A program made the position numbers and the translations under genes. From assembly GCA_001784435.1 (NCBI GenBank), contig MFQZ01000005.1, positions 25,015 to 89,014 on the forward strand: 64,000 bases of DNA, in the 5' to 3' direction. Position 1 is the first letter of the stretch, and the number at the start of each line of letters is the position of its first letter. Below, piece after piece: positions 48,499 to 57,520 of the stretch. The notes below the pieces were generated by a model. It was given only the letters and a program-made list of their open reading frames with translations. It did no database searches and was not told the origin of the DNA. This DNA comes from Candidatus Magasanikbacteria bacterium RIFOXYC2_FULL_42_28. GTDB lineage: Bacteria; Patescibacteriota; Patescibacteriia; Magasanikbacterales; GWA2-37-8.

Positions 48499-49440
48499 AT
48501 GACCATAGAATTACCACACCTAGATGACTTTATCCTAAATCTAAAAGCCAACAACTTTTCCGATGAAACTGCCTATAACTATGAACGCGATCTAAATACT
48601 TTTGAAGATTTTTTAAGAGACGATATTAAGCAAAATTTTGAAAAAATTACAAAAACTGATATTTTGCGATACAAAGCATACCTGACCTCTACTGACAGAA
48701 AAACGGCAGAAAATCATAAATCTGAACAGAAATTAACGAGTTACTCAATAAACCGTGTTTTATCTGCTTTAAGATCATACCTAAAATTTTTGGAAGACAT
48801 GGATTATGACTCCCCTATTTCAGCTAATGCAATCAAGCTGTTAAAAACAGAAAAAAAACACGCTCGTGTACCGGAAATCAATGAAGTTTTAAAAATCTTA
48901 GAAGCACCGACAAAATACGAAGACAATTTGCAAGTTGGCATGCGTAATCGCGCCATGCTTGAAACTTTGTTTGCCACCGGTATGCGTATTTCAGAACTTT
49001 TATCACTTAAAGTTAATCAGATCGACAAAACCGGACGGGTATATGTGATGGGTAAAGGAAAAAAACAAAGATTTGTATATTTAACACCACGTGCTCTCAC
49101 TCACCTATCCAATTACCTAAAAATTCGCAACAGTACCTCTGAAATGCTATTTATCCCCTATCGCGGCAGAAATAACCAAGAAAAAAATAAAAGGATATCT
49201 ACAAATTATTTACAGTTTAAAATAAAAAGATATCGTGAATTATTAGATATCAATTTACCGGTAAGCGCGCATACTTTGCGCCATTGTTTTGCGACATATT
49301 TAGCCGAAAATGGTGCGAATCCGGCTGCTATTCAAATTTTATTGGGTCACGAGTCGCTTGATACCACCACGCGCTATGTTCACGCCTCTGATCGTTACGC
49401 TGAAAAAATTCACAATCAATTTCATCCTTTATTTAAATAA
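48499..49440 (+). CDS. Tyrosine site-specific recombinase (XerC/XerD / phage-integrase family)
   Basis: Catalytic R..HxxR..Y region: MRISEL, HTLRHCFATYL and LLGHESLDTTTRYVH. Confidence 0.8.
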   Translation: MTIELPHLDDFILNLKANNFSDETAYNYERDLNTFEDFLRDDIKQNFEKITKTDILRYKAYLTSTDRKTAENHKSEQKLTSYSINRVLSALRSYLKFLEDMDYDSPISANAIKLLKTEKKHARVPEINEVLKILEAPTKYEDNLQVGMRNRAMLETLFATGMRISELLSLKVNQIDKTGRVYVMGKGKKQRFVYLTPRALTHLSNYLKIRNSTSEMLFIPYRGRNNQEKNKRISTNYLQFKIKRYRELLDINLPVSAHTLRHCFATYLAENGANPAAIQILLGHESLDTTTRYVHASDRYAEKIHNQFHPLFK

Positions 49441-49472
49441 TAAACGAAAAAATAATCCGCCTCTTCGGCGGA

Positions 49473-50594
49473 TTAAATTTCACTTTTTAATTCTTCCAAC
49501 TTTTTCCGCGTCTCGCGCGAAATTTTTCTGGGCACGCGGATTTTTATTTTAACATAATGATCACCACGCGTGGTTCGACCTAAATGCGTGATGCCATGAC
49601 CTTTTATTTTTATTAATTGGCCGGATTCAACTCCTTCGGGAATCATTAAATTCACTGATCCGTCCAAGGTATTGACCGCGACTTTGTCACCCAATACGGC
49701 TTGGCTAAAATTTATTTCTAAATCAGTATAAACATCAAAACCCTCGCGATGAAAATTTTTCTGTTGGCGAATATGCGCGCGCACGTACAAATCCCCTGTT
49801 CCACCACCATGAGGAGCGGCTTCGCCATAACCGGTTAAACGAATAGATTCACCTTCGTCTATGCCAGCCGGAATTTTTACATTTATTGTCGAAGATTTTG
49901 CCAAAATTCCATCGCCACCGCAATGTTTGCAGGGCTTGCCGGGTTTTTGGCCACGGCCTTGGCAATTCGGACACGCAGCTACGGTTTGCATCACGCCCAA
50001 AAAAGTTCGCTGTTGTTGGACAACTTGGCCTTGGCCTTTACAAGTGGCACAAGTATCTAATTTACTACCCGGCTCGCTACCAGAACCATTACAAACATCG
50101 CAGGCGCTTTGTTTTCGTAAAGAAATTTCTTTTTCAATTCCAAACGCCGCTTCTTTTAAATCCAATTCAACATCAACTTGTATGTCACGACCACGTGCTT
50201 GCCCACCGCCACGACGAGAACGGCCACCGCCACCAAATCCAAACATATCGCCAAAAATATCACCGGCATCTTGTCCGCCAAAATTAAAAGAAAATCCGCT
50301 GTCGCCCCCGCCTTGACCGCCCCGACGAAACGCATTCATTATATCTTCCCAATTACCACCAGACGCGCCCCAACCACCTTGAGATTCAAAATCAGAACCA
50401 AATTGATCGTATTTGGTTCGTTTATCAGCATCGTTTAAAACTTGAAAGGCCTCGTTTATTTCTTTAAACTTTTTTTCATCACCACCCGGTCGGTCCGGAT
50501 GGTGCGTCATGGCCATTTTTTTAAACGCTTTTTTTATTTCATCGGCCGTGGCATTTTTTTCCAAGCCGAGTATTTTATAGTAATCTTTGGGCAC
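49473..50594 (-). CDS. dnaJ: Molecular chaperone DnaJ
   Basis: J-domain with HPD, Gly-rich linker and four CxxCxGxG repeats. Confidence 0.9.
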   Translation of the reverse strand: MPKDYYKILGLEKNATADEIKKAFKKMAMTHHPDRPGGDEKKFKEINEAFQVLNDADKRTKYDQFGSDFESQGGWGASGGNWEDIMNAFRRGGQGGGDSGFSFNFGGQDAGDIFGDMFGFGGGGRSRRGGGQARGRDIQVDVELDLKEAAFGIEKEISLRKQSACDVCNGSGSEPGSKLDTCATCKGQGQVVQQQRTFLGVMQTVAACPNCQGRGQKPGKPCKHCGGDGILAKSSTINVKIPAGIDEGESIRLTGYGEAAPHGGGTGDLYVRAHIRQQKNFHREGFDVYTDLEINFSQAVLGDKVAVNTLDGSVNLMIPEGVESGQLIKIKGHGITHLGRTTRGDHYVKIKIRVPRKISRETRKKLEELKSEI

Positions 50595-50629
50595 AAAAAT
50601 AAATCAAAAAACTGTAAAAAAAGTAACTA

Positions 50630-51055
50630 CTAAATGGACAGCTTACTTTCTAAATCACGAACCATATCAAGTGCTTCTTGTTTGTCACTATCTTCTTTCA
50701 GATTAAAACTTTCAAGCGCCAACGGAGTAGTTATTGCGTTATTCACCCAAGCATAAAAACTACCAACCCCATCTTTCATACCATTAACCGTGCTTACTGC
50801 TGTTACCAGAGTGTTCATGTGCACTATTAAAGCTGCGGAATTGCTAAGGTCAGCCGTATCAACCATAACCCTTAATTGGCGAACTACGCTCTTCATTTTT
50901 TGCCACATCAAATACTCTTTCGATGACAACTGATCCGGATCTATATGCGTAATATTTTTATTTTTACCAGCGGCAAAATCTTTCATAGCCTGAATTTCCA
51001 TACGAAAATTAGCCAGCTCCTGTTCGCTAATTTCACGAGGCTCTTGATCTGTCAT
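50630..51055 (-). CDS. Hypothetical protein inserted between dnaK and dnaJ
   Basis: ORF only. Is not GrpE (grpE lies at 55315). Confidence 0.4.
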   Translation of the reverse strand: MTDQEPREISEQELANFRMEIQAMKDFAAGKNKNITHIDPDQLSSKEYLMWQKMKSVVRQLRVMVDTADLSNSAALIVHMNTLVTAVSTVNGMKDGVGSFYAWVNNAITTPLALESFNLKEDSDKQEALDMVRDLESKLSI

Positions 51056-51072
51056 AAAATTATAATTATTTA

Positions 51073-51092
51073 TATCATGATTTAAATCATGA
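51073..51092. promoter_or_regulatory. Perfect 20-bp palindrome ATCATGATTTAAATCATGAT (candidate operator)
   Basis: Exact self-complementary sequence located 18 bp upstream of the 50630..51055 ORF start and just 3' of dnaK. Confidence 0.4.
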
Positions 51093-51113
51093 TATATTTT
51101 ACCACAAATTTAA

Positions 51114-53015
51114 TTATTTCACTACCTCGCCTTCGATTGGTCCATCGTCCTTCTTTGGCTCTTCACCACCTGGTTGCGCGCCCGGCTGACCACCTTGGGG
51201 TGGCTGTTGGGTTTGGTACATTTTCTGACCAACAACTTGCGCGGCCTTAGACAACGCCTCGGACGCTTTTTTAATCGCCTCCACATCATCCTTATCCTTT
51301 ACCTCTTTCACCGCCTTCAAACCCTCTTCCACATTTTTCTTTTCTTCATCGGTAATCGCAATTTTTTTCTCTTCCACTTCTTTCATCATTTTTTCCGAAG
51401 TGTACACCATCGTATCGGCCAAATTGCGGGTCTCAATTAATTCTTGCTTTTTCTTGTCTTCATCCGCATGCGTTTCTGCTTCTTTTTTCATTTTTTCAAT
51501 TTCTTCTTTTGATAATGCGGTTGAAGCAGTAATAGTAATTGACTGCTCTTTGTTAGTGGCTTTATCTTTGGCTTTTACCGATAAAATGCCATTAGCATCA
51601 ATATCAAAACTTACTTCAATTTGAGGCACACCACGCGGAGCTGGTGGAATACCATCTAACATAAATCGACCCAAAGTTTTGTTGTCAGTGGCCATCGGAC
51701 GCTCGCCTTGCAACACGTGAATTTCTACGCCCGGTTGATTATCAGCCGCGGTGGAAAATGTTTGCGTTTTGGAAGTTGGGATCGTGGTGTTGCGTTCAAT
51801 TAATCTGGTCATCACACTGCCCATTGTTTCCAAACCCAAAGACAACGGTGTCACATCTAACAACAAAATATCTTTGACATCGCCCCGCAAAACACCGCCT
51901 TGAACCGCCGCGCCAATCGCGACCACTTCGTCCGGATTCACACTGATGTTTGGTTTTTTATTGAAAAACTTTTCTACGGCCGCGAGTACCATTGGCATGC
52001 GTGTCATCCCGCCGACCATCACGACTTCGTGCAAGTCCCCTACTTTTAATTTGGCGTCATCCAATGCCTTTTGCACCGGACCCATAGTTTTGGCAACTAA
52101 ATCCCCTACTAATTCTTCTAATTTAGAACGGGATAATTTCATTACCAAATGTTTCGGACCATCTACGCCGGAAGTGATAAACGGCTGATTGATTTCGGTT
52201 TCTTGCGAAGTGGATAATTCAATTTTGGCTTTTTCGGCCGCTTCTTTTATCCGTTGTAAGGCCAAATTGTCTTTACCCAAATCAATTCCTTGATCTTTTT
52301 TAAATTCATCCAAAATCCAGCGAATTAAAATTTGGTCAAAATCATCACCGCCCAAATGCGTGTCGCCGTTGGTAGACAAAACCTGAACATTGTCCGGCGC
52401 TACTTCCAAAATGGAAATATCAAAAGTGCCGCCACCCAAATCATACACCGCGATTTTTTGTTCAATTTTTTTATCAAAACCATAAGCCAAAGCCGCCGCC
52501 GTTGGTTCGTTCACAATACGCAAAACATTCAAACCGGCAATCGCGCCCGCGTCTTTGGTGGCTTGGCGCTGGGCATCATCAAAATATGCTGGTACGGTGA
52601 TTACCGCATCAGTAATTTTTTCACCAATACGTTCTTCGGCATCAGCTTTCATCTTTTGCAAAATCATTGCAGAAATTTCTTGCGGGGAATGATCTTTGTC
52701 ACCCATTTTAATTTTTACCCCATCACCGGATTGAACAATTTTGTAAGGCATCAATTTTAAATCACGCTGAACTTCGGCATCGGTAAAACGACGGCCGATA
52801 AGACGTTTGATAGAATACAAAGTGTTTTCCGGATTGGTAACGGCCTGCCGTTTGGCTAATTGCCCAGCCAGTCGTTCGCCGGATTTGTTAATCGCAACCA
52901 TAGATGGCGTGGTGCGCGCGCCTTCTTTATTTTCCAACACCTTGGGCTGGCCACCTTCGATAATGGCCATGCAAGAGTTAGTGGTGCCGAGGTCGATGCC
53001 GAGTACTTTTGACAT
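51114..53015 (-). CDS. dnaK: Molecular chaperone DnaK (Hsp70)
   Basis: IDLGTTNS and DLGGGTFD motifs and the EEVD-less bacterial C-terminus. Confidence 0.95.
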   Translation of the reverse strand: MSKVLGIDLGTTNSCMAIIEGGQPKVLENKEGARTTPSMVAINKSGERLAGQLAKRQAVTNPENTLYSIKRLIGRRFTDAEVQRDLKLMPYKIVQSGDGVKIKMGDKDHSPQEISAMILQKMKADAEERIGEKITDAVITVPAYFDDAQRQATKDAGAIAGLNVLRIVNEPTAAALAYGFDKKIEQKIAVYDLGGGTFDISILEVAPDNVQVLSTNGDTHLGGDDFDQILIRWILDEFKKDQGIDLGKDNLALQRIKEAAEKAKIELSTSQETEINQPFITSGVDGPKHLVMKLSRSKLEELVGDLVAKTMGPVQKALDDAKLKVGDLHEVVMVGGMTRMPMVLAAVEKFFNKKPNISVNPDEVVAIGAAVQGGVLRGDVKDILLLDVTPLSLGLETMGSVMTRLIERNTTIPTSKTQTFSTAADNQPGVEIHVLQGERPMATDNKTLGRFMLDGIPPAPRGVPQIEVSFDIDANGILSVKAKDKATNKEQSITITASTALSKEEIEKMKKEAETHADEDKKKQELIETRNLADTMVYTSEKMMKEVEEKKIAITDEEKKNVEEGLKAVKEVKDKDDVEAIKKASEALSKAAQVVGQKMYQTQQPPQGGQPGAQPGGEEPKKDDGPIEGEVVK

Positions 53016-53030
53016 ATGTGTTTATGTTAA

Positions 53031-53660
53031 TTAAATATTAATTAAATTATTTTTTTTAGTATTCAAAATTTTATGTTCTGTACGAATACTTAATAAGTTT
53101 AATGATCTATTAGTGCTAATGGAGTCTAACAAAATTAATAAAAATATTGGTAATAAATACAATGGATAAAATATTGAATAAAAACCTATTATAAATAATA
53201 AACCGTCCAAAAATATATAGTGGTAATTAAGTCTGTCTCTATGTGTTTGCAAAATTATATTATTTGATATGTATTCAAATTCATCACAAATAGTAATTTC
53301 ACTTTGTCTAGTTGTAATTATCGCAAATTCTTTATTTTTTACATAATAATTTCTCAATCTAACAAGAGTGCCTGGCCCCAATCGGACTAGAGCATCTAAT
53401 GAAATCACAAAACGCGAAATTTGACTACCAAATGCCGATGCTAATCTTCCAATAGAATAAGATATTGATATATAAAATATAGTGACTAAAAATGGCTGAA
53501 ATGGACTATCTTTAAATAATAAATAAACTAAATTACTAGGTAGCAAATTTAAAAATAACAGAGAAAAAATAATAACATTCCCTATAATAAAATACAAAAC
53601 ATCTATAAAAAAACCATGGGGTTTTAAATAGTTAGCCACATCTTTAATTTCTTGATTCAT
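53031..53660 (-). CDS. Hypothetical membrane protein in extremely AT-rich (~25% GC) segment
   Basis: ORF with five hydrophobic helices. Composition strongly atypical, suggesting recent acquisition. Confidence 0.4.
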   Translation of the reverse strand: MNQEIKDVANYLKPHGFFIDVLYFIIGNVIIFSLLFLNLLPSNLVYLLFKDSPFQPFLVTIFYISISYSIGRLASAFGSQISRFVISLDALVRLGPGTLVRLRNYYVKNKEFAIITTRQSEITICDEFEYISNNIILQTHRDRLNYHYIFLDGLLFIIGFYSIFYPLYLLPIFLLILLDSISTNRSLNLLSIRTEHKILNTKKNNLINI

Positions 53661-53664
53661 AAAA

Positions 53665-53901
53665 TCATTTTTTATTTTTATTCATCCCGAAACTAAAACC
53701 AGTTATTAAAGCAAAGTATGTAAAAAATAACCACCCCCAGTAATCTGTATCGCCCCAATATAAAATATCAGAATTGCGCGATAAACTCTGAAAAACTCCA
53801 GCCCAAATTGCGGATGCCAAGTAAAATCCACCCCATTCTTTCAAGTGGTGTTTGAATACCGCCCAGATGGCAACCAATATATCTATAAAAGTTTTAAACA
53901 T
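53665..53901 (-). CDS. Hypothetical small membrane protein (Trp-rich)
   Basis: Two TM helices. ORF only. Confidence 0.35.
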   Translation of the reverse strand: MFKTFIDILVAIWAVFKHHLKEWGGFYLASAIWAGVFQSLSRNSDILYWGDTDYWGWLFFTYFALITGFSFGMNKNKK

Positions 53902-53927
53902 ATACTAATAAATTTCTCCAATTTAAC

Positions 53928-53975
53928 CACTTTAAGGGATTCCTCGTCGGCGCGAGCCTCGCTCGGAATGACAGT
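53928..53975. repeat. Family A half-element, intergenic (GGGATTCCTCGTCGGCGCGAGCCTCGCTCGGAATGACAGTCG)
   Basis: Right-arm terminus identical to the other copies. Confidence 0.75.
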
Positions 53976-54019
53976 CGCCACCCCCTTAACAAACCTTCTT
54001 TTTCTTGATATACTATATT

Positions 54020-54130
54020 TATCACGATGAGAGGAGGTTCATAAGGTTTCGTCCTTATGTAATTGCCTCTCCAATCGAATTATCATCATAAGAGGACCAC
54101 CAAAGGGTTTTATCCCGCGGGAATGCCTCT
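54020..54130 (+). other. Structured GC-rich hairpin cluster ending in a T-run (candidate small RNA or plus-strand terminator) convergent with queF
   Basis: Nested stems GAGAGG...CCTCTC and CATAAGG-tttcgt-CCTTATG, then AAGAGG...CCCGCGGG...CCTCTT followed by TTTTTTATTTTT. Confidence 0.35.
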
Positions 54131-54133
54131 TTT

Positions 54134-54631
54134 TTATTTTTCTTCTCTTCCATTAACATACGCCCTGATTATACCTGAATCATCCTTGGTAAAATAAGTT
54201 TCATCGTCATCAAATCCTTCGCTGTTTGTCGCTTTATTTCCCATCTTCCACCGCGCGCTAATTGCAATCCCACCGCGCGTATTAAATATCACTTCCACTT
54301 CGCATTTTTTTGGTTTTACAAACTTTACAAAATCATTGCCAATGTCCACGGCCAAATGTTCGTGGAACACGCCCACTTCGCGAAATGTTTCCAGATATAA
54401 TTTCATTGACTTTGATTCTACCACATATTTATTCGGCACATAGGTAATCAAAATTTCGGCGTAATCTGGCTGACCCGTCAAAGGACAACGACAGGTAAAT
54501 TCGGTGCAGTGCAATTCCACTTCCAAATTTTGCCCGGAGTGATTGGGAAAAACTTCGAGCGTCCGTGCCGGTTTGGCACTGCCTTTGCCTAATTGAGTTA
54601 ATTTTTTTAAATCTTCTTTGGTTGTTGGCAT
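54134..54631 (-). CDS. queF: NADPH-dependent 7-cyano-7-deazaguanine (preQ0) reductase QueF, type I
   Basis: Active-site CPLTGQPDYAEILITYVP and ESKSMKLYLETFR motifs. Confidence 0.85.
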   Translation of the reverse strand: MPTTKEDLKKLTQLGKGSAKPARTLEVFPNHSGQNLEVELHCTEFTCRCPLTGQPDYAEILITYVPNKYVVESKSMKLYLETFREVGVFHEHLAVDIGNDFVKFVKPKKCEVEVIFNTRGGIAISARWKMGNKATNSEGFDDDETYFTKDDSGIIRAYVNGREEK

Positions 54632-54634
54632 ATT

Positions 54635-55300
54635 TTAAAGTGCTAACGGATTAAATTTAGTTTCAGTGTCGTAAACATCAACACCTTCTTTTTTCTTTAG
54701 CAAGCTGACAAAATAATAAGTGAACGGCGTGGAGACTGTTTCAAATAAAACTTTAAAAATCCATTGCGTCAAAATCAAACCGCCCAAAACTCCGACCGGC
54801 ATCACGCCCCAAAAAGCCAAACTGATAAAAATCAAAGAATCCAAACCTTCACCCACGACAGTAGAACCAATCGTGCGCGCCCACAAATGTTTACCTTGGG
54901 TTTTAATTTTCATTTTGGATAGCAACATTGAATTGACAAATTGGCCGACTAAATAGGCGCTAAACGAAGCGACGAGTAAGCGCGGAGTAAATCCTAAAAT
55001 TTGCTCAAAGGCGGTCTGATTAGCGAAAAACGGCGCGGACGGAATTTTAATACTGATATAAATGGCGACGACCGCGAGTAAATTACAGGCAAAACCGGTC
55101 CAAATGGCGCGCCGCGCGGCCGCGTAGCCATACACTTCGGTTAAAATATCACCAATTATATAGGTAATGGGGAATAAAATTACGGCCACCGGTAAAAAAT
55201 AACTGCCGAACGCGCCGATTTTAACGGCGATGATGTTGGAAATAATTAGACAGGTAACAAAGAGCGCGGAAATTAACTGATAAAATTTTGAATTGGACAT
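54635..55300 (-). CDS. yhhQ: Queuosine-precursor transporter (YhhQ/DUF165 family)
   Basis: Six TM helices. N-terminal LISALFVTCLIISNIIAVKI...ITYIIGDILTEVYGY matches the YhhQ family. Sits directly upstream of queF. Confidence 0.8.
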   Translation of the reverse strand: MSNSKFYQLISALFVTCLIISNIIAVKIGAFGSYFLPVAVILFPITYIIGDILTEVYGYAAARRAIWTGFACNLLAVVAIYISIKIPSAPFFANQTAFEQILGFTPRLLVASFSAYLVGQFVNSMLLSKMKIKTQGKHLWARTIGSTVVGEGLDSLIFISLAFWGVMPVGVLGGLILTQWIFKVLFETVSTPFTYYFVSLLKKKEGVDVYDTETKFNPLAL

Positions 55301-55314
55301 AGATTATTAATAAA

Positions 55315-55905
55315 TTATTTAGTAATAATTACTCTAGCGACTTTCAATACTTTGCCGCCGATTATATAGCCACCATCTACTTCTCTTAAAATTTCACCAT
55401 GTTCTTTGTCCTCAATTTCTTCATCACCCACGGCTTCATGTTTAGTCGGATCAAATTTTTCACCGACTGTTTTTATTTCTTCCACACCGTGCGCGGATAA
55501 AACATCCCCAAATTGTTTTTTGATATATTCAATTCCTTGCGCCCAACTCTCCCACCCCCTCTTTATCTCCCCCTCGGGCAGTGGGAGAGAGCCACTGACC
55601 GCGAACGCTTTTTTAAAATTATCGTAAACCGGAATAAACTCTTCCAAAATTTGCGCTTCGCTCATTCGCACCCATTCACCGCGACGCTTTTCCGTTTCAG
55701 TTTGTAAATTTTTGTAATCAGCCAAAGCGCGTTGCCAACCGAATTTATATTCGTCGCGCTCTTTTTCTAATCCTTCGCAATTTTGGCATTTTTTATGAAA
55801 AAAAGATTTTTTGATTGGCTCTGGTTCGGCCACAGCTTCGTCTTGAACTATATCAATTTGTTCTGCTTGTTCTTCATCTTTTTCGATTTTTGGTTCGTCA
55901 GACAT
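55315..55905 (-). CDS. grpE: Nucleotide exchange factor GrpE, with an in-frame GC-rich element insertion
   Basis: C-terminal GrpE beta domain (HEAVGDEEIEDKEHGEILREVDGGYIIGGKVLKVARV). Insert PLPEGEIKRGWES is encoded by 55546..55595. Confidence 0.85.
   Translation of the reverse strand: MSDEPKIEKDEEQAEQIDIVQDEAVAEPEPIKKSFFHKKCQNCEGLEKERDEYKFGWQRALADYKNLQTETEKRRGEWVRMSEAQILEEFIPVYDNFKKAFAVSGSLPLPEGEIKRGWESWAQGIEYIKKQFGDVLSAHGVEEIKTVGEKFDPTKHEAVGDEEIEDKEHGEILREVDGGYIIGGKVLKVARVIITK
55546..55595. repeat. GC-rich palindromic element (family GC) inside grpE, in-frame but read in a different frame than in the helicase
   Basis: Reverse complement GGCTCTCTCCCACTGCCCGAGGGGGAGATAAAGAGGGGGTGGGAGAG matches helicase copy 2 (CTGCCCGAGGGGGAGACGAAGAGGGGGTGGGAGC). 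Confidence 0.8.
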
Positions 55906-55908
55906 ACA

Positions 55909-56589
55909 TTAAATTAATTCCTTAATTTTATTCATTAACGCGTAATTGCGGGCGTAATCCATGCGCATGGGCCCGAGTAGTATCAATAAGCTTTCATCAC
56001 CAAAGCGAAACGCCGCCACGGACAATAAATTACCAAAACCATGCTCGGGGCCAAAAAAATATTTTATTTCGGTGGTTACTTCGTCCGAAAAATTTTCCAA
56101 ACAATCTTCACAGTGGTCAAAAATTTGCGTTACGTCAGCAACAAGCGCCAACTCGGAAAATTCCGGCTGAGAAAATAAATTGGAGAGACCGGTATAATAC
56201 ACCTGATCGGGAGAAAATGCCAATATCGCCGTAGCGTTGGAAAGCGCTGTTAAATTTTTTACTAAAACTTTTTGCGCGTTTTCTTTATCCGTGTCCGCCG
56301 AAACGCTCATCCCAAAAACATCGTTGTCTTTTTTGGTTAATTTTGCGCGTGCTAAATCCAAATTTTTCAAATAATAGCGATAGCCCTTTTCGGTTGGGAT
56401 TCGGCCGGCTGAAGTATGGGGATGTCTTAGATACCCCTGCTCTTCTAACTCGCGTAGTTCGTTGCGCACGGTGGCCTCTCCCCTGCCTAAATCACACTTT
56501 TCTACCAAAAAACGCGAGCCAATTGGTTCGGCCGTTTTAATATGGGTTTTAATGACGAGGTTTAAGAGTTCAGAGAGACGTTTTTCCAT
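55909..56589 (-). CDS. hrcA: Heat-inducible transcription repressor HrcA (short form)
   Basis: N-terminal winged helix (LNLVIKTHIKTAEPIGSRFL) typical of HrcA. Followed by grpE. Confidence 0.8.
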   Translation of the reverse strand: MEKRLSELLNLVIKTHIKTAEPIGSRFLVEKCDLGRGEATVRNELRELEEQGYLRHPHTSAGRIPTEKGYRYYLKNLDLARAKLTKKDNDVFGMSVSADTDKENAQKVLVKNLTALSNATAILAFSPDQVYYTGLSNLFSQPEFSELALVADVTQIFDHCEDCLENFSDEVTTEIKYFFGPEHGFGNLLSVAAFRFGDESLLILLGPMRMDYARNYALMNKIKELI

Positions 56590-56615
56590 ATTATCAGCGC
56601 ATTTTCGCTAAAAAA

Positions 56616-56642
56616 TTATCACTCATACTGTATGAGTGATAA
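56616..56642. promoter_or_regulatory. CIRCE-like inverted repeat TTATCACTCAT-actgt-ATGAGTGATAA upstream of hrcA
   Basis: 11-bp perfect arms separated by 5 nt. Arms share the CACTC/GAGTG core of the CIRCE consensus (TTAGCACTC-N9-GAGTGCTAA). 27 bp upstream of the hrcA ATG. Confidence 0.6.
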
Positions 56643-56837
56643 TATATACCTATTTAAATTTTTCGTCAAGAAGGAAGTTATCCACAGCGCTTCGCCTTCG
56701 GCTACGCCCTGTAAACTTTACTCTATATTTAATTTATTAGTAGTATGGTTTACCGGGCGCAACGCAGTGAAGCCGGGCCCTGTAAACTTTATATTCCAAA
56801 CAAAAAATTTATGGTGCGTAGCGTAGCGAAGAATCCA

Positions 56838-57413
56838 TTAATTCATCGCAATCTGCGAAATCTCGCTTAACAAGCAGTTTTCAACATAAATACCGCGCGC
56901 GTAAAAAATGCGTTCTAACTCGTTTTTTAATTCGGTTTCTACCGCGTCACGTTTTGGGCCGATAATATCAGTGTAATCAAACCGTGAAAATACCATGCGC
57001 ATACGACTTCTGATTGTCGGACGGACAATTTTGGCCACAAAATCTTCGCCAATAGTTTGCCAAATACTCGGAATCTGGTGCACATCTAAACGCAATAAAA
57101 TTGTGCCTTCCACGGCCACGCGCTTGCCATCTTGCGTAACAGCCGCGGTTGGAATATCACCCAAAGCCCGTTCATTTTCCGGTTTAAATTGGCGGTTAAT
57201 GCCGTATTCCAAGGTCTGGACATTAAACAATTTGGCCTTTTGCCAAAATGGAATTTTTAAATGCAACCCGGGGGTCAAAACCTTTTTTAGCACTCCTCTG
57301 CCCATATCATAAACACAGGCCACATAGCCCGGCGGGACGTAAATAAAAAAACCTTTTAAAACATCTTCGACGACGAAAGAATACATTAATTTGTCAAGAG
57401 AATCACCGGCCAT
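56838..57413 (-). CDS. SPFH/Band-7 (prohibitin-like) domain protein, short soluble form
   Basis: GYVACVYDMGRGVLKKVLTPGLHLKIPFWQKAKLFNVQTLEY resembles the SPFH core. Confidence 0.6.
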   Translation of the reverse strand: MAGDSLDKLMYSFVVEDVLKGFFIYVPPGYVACVYDMGRGVLKKVLTPGLHLKIPFWQKAKLFNVQTLEYGINRQFKPENERALGDIPTAAVTQDGKRVAVEGTILLRLDVHQIPSIWQTIGEDFVAKIVRPTIRSRMRMVFSRFDYTDIIGPKRDAVETELKNELERIFYARGIYVENCLLSEISQIAMN

Positions 57414-57423
57414 ATATAAAATA

Positions 57424-57510
57424 TTTATTTACTGTCATTCCGATGAAAATCGGAATCTCTGTTGACTTACAAATTGGACAGGGATCCCGATTTTCATCGG
57501 GATGACAATT
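57424..57510. repeat. Palindromic element family A copy, intergenic, near-perfect palindrome
   Basis: CTGTCATTCCGATGAAAATCGGAATC...GGGATCCCGATTTTCATCGGGATGACAATT. Confidence 0.85.
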
Positions 57511-57520
57511 AATTGGATTA

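Noticed and set aside
54632-54700. preQ1 riboswitch expected upstream of queF/yhhQ
   Set aside because: Only a 3-bp gap separates yhhQ from queF and 14 bp separates grpE from yhhQ. The nearby structured element is on the opposite strand and does not fit the preQ1-I or preQ1-II consensus.
56690-56830. Duplicated GCCCTGTAAACTTTA motif and CGCTTCGCCTTCGG / GTAGCGTAGCGAAG partial inverted repeat upstream of hrcA, with a vague resemblance to 9440..9470
   Set aside because: The similarity is short and imperfect. I could not define a consistent element. It may be promoter-region low complexity.
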